Source: an uncultured virus (IMG/VR IMGVR_UViG_3300032038_000013) (taxonomy: Duplodnaviria; Heunggongvirae; Uroviricota; Caudoviricetes). Taken from it: DNA of 64,000 bases. The stretch lies in IMG/VR virus record IMGVR_UViG_3300032038_000013. The stretch is one strand, 5' to 3'. Shown piece after piece: positions 56,398 through 64,000 of this stretch. Every line of letters begins with the position of its first letter. The stretch's first letter is position 1. The position numbers and the translations under genes are program-made. Under the pieces are notes generated by a model. It made no database searches. It saw only the letters and a program-made list of their open reading frames with translations, and was not told where the DNA came from.

Positions 56398-58272
56398 TTA
56401 TTCAATTTCTTTTCTAGCTTTATTTAATAAATCATCATAATCATTAGAAGCATGTGCTACTGCATTTGTTGCACTTCCTAATACTCTACCATTAATTGTA
56501 TCGCTTGTCCAATGATACCTTGCAATTGTACGATTAACTGCAAATTGATTAGCTGCTTTTAATATCTTATCTGCTCTATTAGGCATTAATTCCATAAGTA
56601 CCATCGCACCACCAAATATACCGGATGAATGCCCAGATGGATATGAGTTAGCCCAAAGTGAATTTTTCGAAGATTTTTCAAAATCTTTTGGAGATGCTAT
56701 TGCATCTTTATATATCCAATTACCATTTTTGTCATAATATCCTGTAGGTGAACCATCACCATCTTCTATTTCAAAGTTAGTTAATATATTTCTTCTATCA
56801 TCTGATATTGAATTTTGTAATGCTTCTTGCTGCCATGAACAACCAGGTCTTAATCTCCCATATTGTTTTGGTGAAACTTCTGCACTTTGCAATATACTTC
56901 TAGATCTACTTGACGCATAAATAGCTCTATCAACTAATTCTGATAATACCCCTCCATAATTAAGTTCAATACCTATTGTATCTTCTCCAAATACTGGATG
57001 GAATGTATAATTTTTTGTACTTCTATTCTTACCAAACAAATGTTCCGCATCAGCTTCTTTATCAGCTATTGCTTGTACTGTTTCTTGTTTATATTGTTCA
57101 TTTTCTAAATTATATTTCTTAATTATAGTTTCATTAATATTTCTATCAACTAAAAGATTATTATATTCATCTTTTTGTTCATTTGGATATGTTTTATCTG
57201 GTCTTGAAGTATATCCTGGTGCATAAGGCCCTGGAGCTGTAGGCATAAATTCTCTAAAATCTATCCAGAAATTATCTTTTCCTACATTATTTTTATTTTG
57301 ACTATATAATACAGATAATTTATCACTATATTTTTTACCGTTAATTTCTTTTCTTATTTTATCAATATTTGGTTTTATCGTTCCTCTCATTGCAACATAT
57401 ATTACTGCAGCAACTTTTCTTGATATATTAGGATCACTTTCAAATGTATATCCATATATATTACTATATTTATTATATCCTCCTAATTCATATCCAATTT
57501 TTAATAATTTTGTTTTATCATAAGGATTTAATTCTGATAATTGTAAAGCAAACAGCCAGCCAATAAGTGTTTTGAAACTTTTATCTAAATCATCAATATT
57601 ACCATATTCATAAAAATGTGGAAAATTATCTTCAATAAATAATGGAGGAATATTATTCAATGAAGATTTTTTATAAAATTGAAAATATCCTTCATCATAT
57701 AATTTTTTAAAATATTTATATGTTTCACTTTCTTTAGAAATATTTATGTTGAAAGATTTAAGTATATTTTCATAATTATTTATGTATTCCTCTTCAGCTT
57801 TACGTTTTGCTTCTTCCTCGGCTTTCTTTCTTGCTTCCTCTTCAGCTTTACGTTTTGCTTCCTCTTCTTGTCTTTTCTTTTCTTCTTCAGCTTTACGTTT
57901 TGCTTCCTCCTCAGCTTTCTTGCGAGCTTCCTCCTCAGCTTTCTTGCGAGCTTCCTCTTCAGCTTTACGTTTTGCTTCCTCCTCAGCTTTCTTGCGAGCT
58001 TCCTCTTCAGCTTTACGTTTTGCTTCATCCTCAGCTTCACGTTTTGCTTCTTCCTCTTCTGCTTTACGTTTTGCTTCTTCTGTTTTTTTCTGTTGTTCAT
58101 ATTTGTCTTTCAAAACAAATGTTGAAACAAAGCCTCCCATTACAATTAATGTAGGAATTATAACAGCTACAGGTAAAGATACAACATTACATATACCTAA
58201 TATAACAAATAATAAGATAATAGATATTACTATAATGTAATATACTTTATATTTTTTTATAAAATCTATCAT
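56398..58272 (-). CDS. Membrane-anchored PAP2 / class A acid phosphatase with a charged helical stalk
   Basis: YGRLRP, SYPSGHS, R...RYHW.SD; two N-terminal TMs; (A/K)RKAEEEA repeats. Confidence 0.85.
   Translation of the reverse strand: MIDFIKKYKVYYIIVISIILLFVILGICNVVSLPVAVIIPTLIVMGGFVSTFVLKDKYEQQKKTEEAKRKAEEEEAKREAEDEAKRKAEEEARKKAEEEAKRKAEEEARKKAEEEARKKAEEEAKRKAEEEKKRQEEEAKRKAEEEARKKAEEEAKRKAEEEYINNYENILKSFNINISKESETYKYFKKLYDEGYFQFYKKSSLNNIPPLFIEDNFPHFYEYGNIDDLDKSFKTLIGWLFALQLSELNPYDKTKLLKIGYELGGYNKYSNIYGYTFESDPNISRKVAAVIYVAMRGTIKPNIDKIRKEINGKKYSDKLSVLYSQNKNNVGKDNFWIDFREFMPTAPGPYAPGYTSRPDKTYPNEQKDEYNNLLVDRNINETIIKKYNLENEQYKQETVQAIADKEADAEHLFGKNRSTKNYTFHPVFGEDTIGIELNYGGVLSELVDRAIYASSRSRSILQSAEVSPKQYGRLRPGCSWQQEALQNSISDDRRNILTNFEIEDGDGSPTGYYDKNGNWIYKDAIASPKDFEKSSKNSLWANSYPSGHSSGIFGGAMVLMELMPNRADKILKAANQFAVNRTIARYHWTSDTINGRVLGSATNAVAHASNDYDDLLNKARKEIE
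57788..58080 (-). repeat. 24-bp tandem repeats coding KRKAEEEA / RKKAEEEA
   Basis: cagctttacgttttgcttcctc and cagctttcttgcgagcttcctc units. Confidence 0.9.
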
Positions 58273-58399
58273 GTTATGTGTATAAATATTTTATATAAAA
58301 ATAGATTATTTAACAGTCATAAATATAAAGTTTGACTTGTCATACTATTTAATATAAATTACAAATGTTCTATATATAATTTAATATATTTGACTTATT

Positions 58400-60259
58400 A
58401 TGACGATTAACAGAAAGACAGTCGAAGGTTATGTTTTAGAATGGACAAAAGAAAAAATTAGTGATGAATTTGAATTTAGAGAACATCAATTTGAAGCAAT
58501 TATAGATATTATTGTAAATATTCTTGAAGACGGAAATAAGAATTATGTGGTTGAAGCACCAACAGGAGCAGGTAAGTCTTTGATAAATATTATAGCAGCA
58601 GGTGTATTATCAGAATATTTTGATTTGACTTCCTATATTTTAGTATCTGATTTGTTCTTGTGGGAACAATACGATAAGTTTATCCAAGAACATAAAGATA
58701 TGAATTTTGCTTCCATTAAAGGTCAAACTGGAAATTATACATGTCGTTTAAATAAAGAGGACATGCGTAACGCAGATTGTAAAATGGCTGGTCTTTCATG
58801 GGCATCATTATTTAATAGACAAACAATTGAAAAATATGGATATGATTGTGCTTATAAGTGCGAATATGTAAAAGCACGTAAGAAAGCATTATCAGCAAAA
58901 GTTTGTCTGATGACATATCAATTGTTTTTATTTACAATGAATAATGCAAGTTGGAACCAAGATAGTAAAGGCAATCCAATATTTGCAAGGCATGACATTA
59001 TATTTTGTGATGAATGTCATAATATTCCAAGTATCGTACAAAATCAATATTCACCTATTATAAAGAAAGATGATTTTCAAAAACTTAATGAATTATATGA
59101 TTATGCTTTTGGAAATGGTATTAATGGTTTGTTTGATGATTTAGCAGAATACGAATTAACAAAGACATATTCTCGTGATGCATTAAATGTTGAATTAGAA
59201 AATATTTGGAAACAATTTATTGACCAAAATTCAATTAAGAAAGATGATGTTACAGCAATGCTTAAATATTTGAAAATATTAAGTTACTTTACTGAAGTAT
59301 GCGAAGCAATAACATCAAACATTTCTAATAAGAAAACAACACATCAGCCAATATCTAAAGATGATATTCATTTATTTAAGCTTTGTACATGGTTTCAAAA
59401 TTACGGTTGTTTCTGGTCAGATTTCAATCATGCAATAGCTGAAGCTGGAGAAGATTATTTATTGAAAGATATTACTGTTGTAAATATTGATGGTGATATT
59501 CATGTATCATTCAAATGTACAAAAGAAGACTTTATTGTATTTAAGTATTTGTTATCTCAAGCAACATTCAAAGTAATGCTATCAGCAACAGTTGGTGGTA
59601 AAGATGCTTATGATGATAATATGGGGTTCAAATATACTGAAGATAAAGAAAGTGATTATCATGTAATGGCATCTAATTTTGATTTTGAAAAATCTCCAAT
59701 TCATTTCTTGAATAAATTTAAGATGTCATTTAGAGAAAAAGAAGTATCATTTCAACATTTGAAGAAAATTATATATTCAATTTGTGAAACAAAGTTTAAA
59801 GACCAACGTGGTATGATACAAACAGGTTCATATGCATTTGCTAAACAATTGTATAATGATGCTCCATTAAATATCAAGCAAAGAATGTTACTTTATAATG
59901 GTTCTCGTGAAAAGACAACTTGTATAAAGATACATGAAATTTCTGATAATACAATACTTGTTGGTCCAAGTCTTAATGAAGGTATTGATTTGCCTGGAGA
60001 TAGATGTAGGTTTATTATAATAATGAAAGTACCTTATCCATCACTTGCGGATAGATTGGTTAAAGAAAAAATCAAATTATTTCCTCTATGGTATAATTCA
60101 ACAACATCAAATGAAATCATACAAGGAATAGGACGCGGAGTTAGATTTAATGGTGATTGGTGTGTATCATATATTCTTGATGCTTGTTTTTGGAAATTAT
60201 ATTTAGATACACAAGAACAATATTCTGAAGAATTTAAAAAACGACTTAATGTAATTTAA
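58400..60259 (+). CDS. DinG/XPD-family SF2 helicase
   Basis: Q motif, EAPTGAGKS, Cys cluster, DECH, LSAT, EGIDLPG, QGIGRGVR. Confidence 0.9.
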   Translation: MTINRKTVEGYVLEWTKEKISDEFEFREHQFEAIIDIIVNILEDGNKNYVVEAPTGAGKSLINIIAAGVLSEYFDLTSYILVSDLFLWEQYDKFIQEHKDMNFASIKGQTGNYTCRLNKEDMRNADCKMAGLSWASLFNRQTIEKYGYDCAYKCEYVKARKKALSAKVCLMTYQLFLFTMNNASWNQDSKGNPIFARHDIIFCDECHNIPSIVQNQYSPIIKKDDFQKLNELYDYAFGNGINGLFDDLAEYELTKTYSRDALNVELENIWKQFIDQNSIKKDDVTAMLKYLKILSYFTEVCEAITSNISNKKTTHQPISKDDIHLFKLCTWFQNYGCFWSDFNHAIAEAGEDYLLKDITVVNIDGDIHVSFKCTKEDFIVFKYLLSQATFKVMLSATVGGKDAYDDNMGFKYTEDKESDYHVMASNFDFEKSPIHFLNKFKMSFREKEVSFQHLKKIIYSICETKFKDQRGMIQTGSYAFAKQLYNDAPLNIKQRMLLYNGSREKTTCIKIHEISDNTILVGPSLNEGIDLPGDRCRFIIIMKVPYPSLADRLVKEKIKLFPLWYNSTTSNEIIQGIGRGVRFNGDWCVSYILDACFWKLYLDTQEQYSEEFKKRLNVI

Positions 60260-60260
60260 T

Positions 60261-61688
60261 ATGTATAAGAAAATAATTATATTTGTATTAGATTCATTCC
60301 ATTTATATAATGGATATGATAGGGATAAATATGTAGAATGTTATTCATATTTTGATACTGAAGAAGCAATTAATCATAATGCTAATCATATTATAACTTA
60401 CGATATTGGGCATTTATCTTTTGATTTGGAAGATTTAGGATATACAATTTTAATAGGATATAAAGGAGCATGTAAAAGATTTTATGTTGGTATGTCAACT
60501 GCTAACGGTAAAGAACTTAGACATGCCCATAATCTTAGACGTCTTTTAATTGGTGGTGCCTTAGATAATGACTTACATATTGAACGAAATAAATTTTATT
60601 ATGATATGAATAAATCAACAGCAGAATTATTAGCTGACCAATTAACAAAAGAAAAATTTGATTTAATAAGTCAAGTTGCTAATGCTACAATAGGAATACA
60701 TATTGAAGGAACTAAAGCAATGACTCCAGAAGAATCAAAAGAATGGCATGAAACACATGCTTATTATGATAAAGATGGTCATTTTATAATTTCGCCAGAT
60801 CCTGTTGAATATGACGGCATTAATAAAATTAAACCTAATATAAAAATATGAAGTGGGTAAAAAGATTATTTAGATTTAAAAAATGTGAACATGATTGGAA
60901 GTTCGTTCGCAATATATATGGAGATGAAATAAATCATTGTGGTGGATATCGTTCATTATGGGAATGTAGAAAATGCGGACGATTACAATGGAGAGAATCA
61001 CTTTATCAAGAAGAAAATATTAATTGTCAAACATTTCATTAATTTATTATGACATTAACAATAATAAAAATTGTATTAATCATTTTAATGATTCGTGTAA
61101 TTGGTCTTACAATAGGTCATCTTGTAACTGTATTTTGGGATCCTGCAACAAAGATGGCAGTTGAACAAATTACAAAAGATCCTGAAGACTATGTTAGAAC
61201 AGATCATATTTGTAAATTTATGTATAATATGATTTGGATAGTTGTATTTTTTAAGTTGTTATACGCAGCATTTAGTGGACATATAGAAATTAATTAATAT
61301 GAGTAAAACAAATTATCAGACAGTCTACGGGGTCAAGATTTATCCTGTTGAATTTATCAGTAATCATGAACTTAGTGAAAGTGAATTGAATAATCTTTTA
61401 GATAATAATGGACGAGGATTATTCTATTCATTAGTAATTGGAATGTTCAAAGCAATTAAGTCTTCAAAAAGAAACTATCAAATTATCAAAATGATTAAAG
61501 AAGACAAACGATGGATGTATAAATATCGTTGGTCAAAAGAACAATTAGATAATTATGAAAATTTGATTATTGAAGCGTATAAGAACTTATATCAATATAA
61601 AGATGCTCAAGCAATTTCATTAGCACAATGGTTTATTATACATTATGGATTCCCTGTAGAAGGAATTGTTATTGATTTTGAAAAATAG
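60261..61688 (+). other. Four hypothetical genes (60261, 60848, 61049, 61299)
   Basis: Closely spaced ORFs; 60848 has a C.H.W...CxxC zinc-binding pattern. Confidence 0.7.
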
Positions 61689-61946
61689 TAAAAATTTGTT
61701 AATAAAATTACATTATACTAAAATATAGATAAAATGATGCTAGATGGCTGTAAATGTTCCTCTAGCATCATTTGTTATATAATCTGAATAACTATATTGC
61801 ACATATCATATTAATCTCCTGAAGGAATGAAATAAACAAATTTTAACATTTATTTAATTAAATTTATAAACTTCATCATTAAGTTAAAATAATTATAAAT
61901 TATATCTATATTTATATATTATCCACAAATATATAATATTAATAAC

Positions 61947-62570
61947 GTGGAAATATTTGTAGGTATTGACCCATCATTGAATAGTACAGGATTATGTTTA
62001 CAGTTTTATGAAGATAATAAAATGGTTAAAGATATGTTTTATATCATCAAGCCAAACAAGTTGACAAAACGAGAACAAGCAGCTCAAGATACATTGATAA
62101 ATTTTGATTATATATTGTATAATAAGATTGATTTAGATATGTATAAAGACAATAATTTATTCTCTGAATATTGGAAGACTGTAAATATGATTTCAATTGT
62201 TAAGAAAATAAAAGAATGTATATACGATAATATTCAAGGAAGAAAATCATATAAATTGTATATAGTTCAAGAAGGAATAAGTTATGGTTCTTCAGTAAGA
62301 ACTAAATCTGTATTTGATTTGGCAGGTTTAAATTATATGATAAGAAATGAATTTATTGAAAAGGAAAATATATCATTCTTTATTGCACCACCAACTCATA
62401 TAAAGAAATTTGCAACAGGAATAGGTAATTGTAAAAAGGAACTTATAATAGAATTATTTAAAAGTGTAGAACCAAAACTAGCAGAAAAATTACCTAAAGT
62501 TGATGATATTGCAGATGCATATTATATGAGCAAATTTGCAAGACAAATATATTTAGAAAATAATAAATGA
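61947..62570 (+). CDS. ruvC: RuvC-like Holliday junction resolvase
   Basis: VGIDPSL.STG, QEG.SYG, P..IKKFATG.G...K, DDIADA. Confidence 0.85.
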   Translation: MEIFVGIDPSLNSTGLCLQFYEDNKMVKDMFYIIKPNKLTKREQAAQDTLINFDYILYNKIDLDMYKDNNLFSEYWKTVNMISIVKKIKECIYDNIQGRKSYKLYIVQEGISYGSSVRTKSVFDLAGLNYMIRNEFIEKENISFFIAPPTHIKKFATGIGNCKKELIIELFKSVEPKLAEKLPKVDDIADAYYMSKFARQIYLENNK

Positions 62571-63418
62571 AAATCGGCTATTTTTATATTTCACATATAA
62601 TTAATGATTATGTATGCGAAAATTTTTTTAATATAAAAAATGCAGTTCAAGATGAAAACACTGATGTAATATTTTGTAATCCTAATGGAAATTTAAATAA
62701 CATAGATGTTTCTGATTATTTAAATAATTCTGAATATTGTTTTTTAAATATAGATAGAGATGATTTTATAGACCATAATAATTATTGTGTAACAAAAAAT
62801 CATCAAATATATTTAGCGGTTTATGATATTTATAAAACATATGACTATTATTGGTTTATTGAATATGATGTTCAAGTAAATAATTTGAACAAACTTGAAG
62901 GATATAAAAAATTATTTGATTTTTATAAAACTAATGATAGTGATTTAATTTGTTGTAATATTCATAACTGGAAATATAATATTTGGTATCAAAAACGATA
63001 TCCAGAAGAATTAATGAATAATTATAAAAACATAAATAATAATTTTTTATATAAAGACAATAAAATACAAACTGATAATTTATATTTTGGTTTTTTTACT
63101 ATATGTAGAATTTCAAATAGGTTATTATCAGAAACTTTAGAATATTATAAGAATAATGATGGATTTTTTGAATATGTAATACCATCATTAGCTAAATATA
63201 AAAATCAAAAAATATGTTCATTTAATGATGACAAATTTAATATTGAAAATACTCATTTATTAAATGAACATATGATTAATACTGGTTCAAATGGTTGGAA
63301 TGTTAAAAACTTAAATACTGATGATATTGTAAAACATAAACATTATTTTCCAGAATATCCAAAAAACGTTATTATTCATCCAATAAAAAATTTAGAAAAC
63401 AATAAAGAGGAGAACTGA
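62567..63418 (+). CDS. Putative glycosyltransferase-like protein
   Basis: YDYYWFIEYDV (ExD), ICRIS..LL, E...P.LA, IHPIK. Confidence 0.55.
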   Translation: MKIGYFYISHIINDYVCENFFNIKNAVQDENTDVIFCNPNGNLNNIDVSDYLNNSEYCFLNIDRDDFIDHNNYCVTKNHQIYLAVYDIYKTYDYYWFIEYDVQVNNLNKLEGYKKLFDFYKTNDSDLICCNIHNWKYNIWYQKRYPEELMNNYKNINNNFLYKDNKIQTDNLYFGFFTICRISNRLLSETLEYYKNNDGFFEYVIPSLAKYKNQKICSFNDDKFNIENTHLLNEHMINTGSNGWNVKNLNTDDIVKHKHYFPEYPKNVIIHPIKNLENNKEEN

Positions 63419-63428
63419 TGTTCTCCTC
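63407..63428. terminator. Hairpin between convergent genes
   Basis: gaggagaac-tgat-gttctcctc. Confidence 0.7.
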
Positions 63429-63435
63429 CAATATT

Positions 63436-64000
63436 TTATTCAGGATCGTATTCAATAATTCTTGATTCATCAATACTTGGATTATTTAAATGAAGTGCTT
63501 CAATATATGCAGCTTTAGATCCACGTGGTACATATATAGGATATGTTGCTGTAATTTTATTAGTTTGTGCACTATCATATGACTTTCCTGTATCTTCTTT
63601 CCAAATTATTGTTACAGGATTTTCTGAATTAATTTCTTCATCAAAATTATGTTCACCAAAATATGGAGGAACACTACCTTCAAATTTTATTGATGGGAAT
63701 GATGCAAATTTAAAATCATCATTTAATATAAATTCGCGGTTTTCTCTATTAGTTATAGTATATGATATATGAGCACCTGGAGAAAATACATTACTTCCAA
63801 TTGATGTAACTGATGCTGGAATAACTAATTGTTCATCTGAATTATACCAGAAAAACGCAGATGAACCAATTGTTTTTAATGCTTTAGGTAATTTCATTGA
63901 TATTTTAATTACTTCTCCATTATTAAACATTGATTCCGGTATATTTTCAAGATCATCACCAAAATCAATAAATAAACTTGGTTCTTCATGATCATCAGCT
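63436..64000 (-). CDS. BspA-like leucine-rich repeat protein, 5' truncated by the window edge
   Basis: LP..LKTIG..AF, IPASVTSIG...F, IYVP.GS..AY; frame stays open to base 64000. Confidence 0.8.
   Translation of the reverse strand, partial: ADDHEEPSLFIDFGDDLENIPESMFNNGEVIKISMKLPKALKTIGSSAFFWYNSDEQLVIPASVTSIGSNVFSPGAHISYTITNRENREFILNDDFKFASFPSIKFEGSVPPYFGEHNFDEEINSENPVTIIWKEDTGKSYDSAQTNKITATYPIYVPRGSKAAYIEALHLNNPSIDESRIIEYDPE

Noticed and set aside
57780..58240. Overlapping alternative-frame and antisense ORFs (also 762-1445 and those inside 28473-35795)
   Set aside because: Shadows of repetitive or codon-biased real genes
61947..62570. TnpB/Cas12 RuvC nuclease
   Set aside because: Only 207 aa with the resolvase layout; no zinc finger, array or IS ends

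Overview
This very AT-rich, densely coding window looks like part of a large T4-related (jumbo or Lak-like) myophage infecting a Bacteroidota host, probably Prevotella-like. Phage evidence: T4 gp4-like head completion nuclease, gp2-like DNA end protector, tail-tube-like genes and a 2440-aa tape-measure-like gene. Host evidence: Bacteroidales-type OmpA, BspA-like LRR proteins, TAnnTTTG promoters and start codons without Shine-Dalgarno sites. Layout: collagen-like and modular virion genes plus a lysis pair (0-8 kb); an array of small proteins between and around gp4/gp2 (8.3-16.5 kb); sugar and nucleotide enzymes (16.5-24 kb); OmpA, tape measure, C5-methyltransferase and IMPDH/GMPR (27-40 kb); a long accessory region with RtcB, HNH, RNA ligase, 2H phosphoesterase and NADAR (40-56 kb); PAP2 phosphatase, DinG-like helicase and RuvC-like resolvase (56-64 kb). 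Top findings: (1) 14 otherwise unrelated genes share a 9-11 aa N-terminal leader resembling the T4 internal-protein capsid-targeting sequence, suggesting a cassette of capsid-packaged, injected effectors that includes a Nudix hydrolase. (2) A tRNA-like RNA with its own promoter-like motif, no canonical anticodon arm and two T-arms lies among the RNA repair genes. (3) A perfect 131-bp inverted repeat inside two convergent modular genes flanks the collagen genes and could permit inversion. All family calls come from motifs recognised by eye; no database searches were run.
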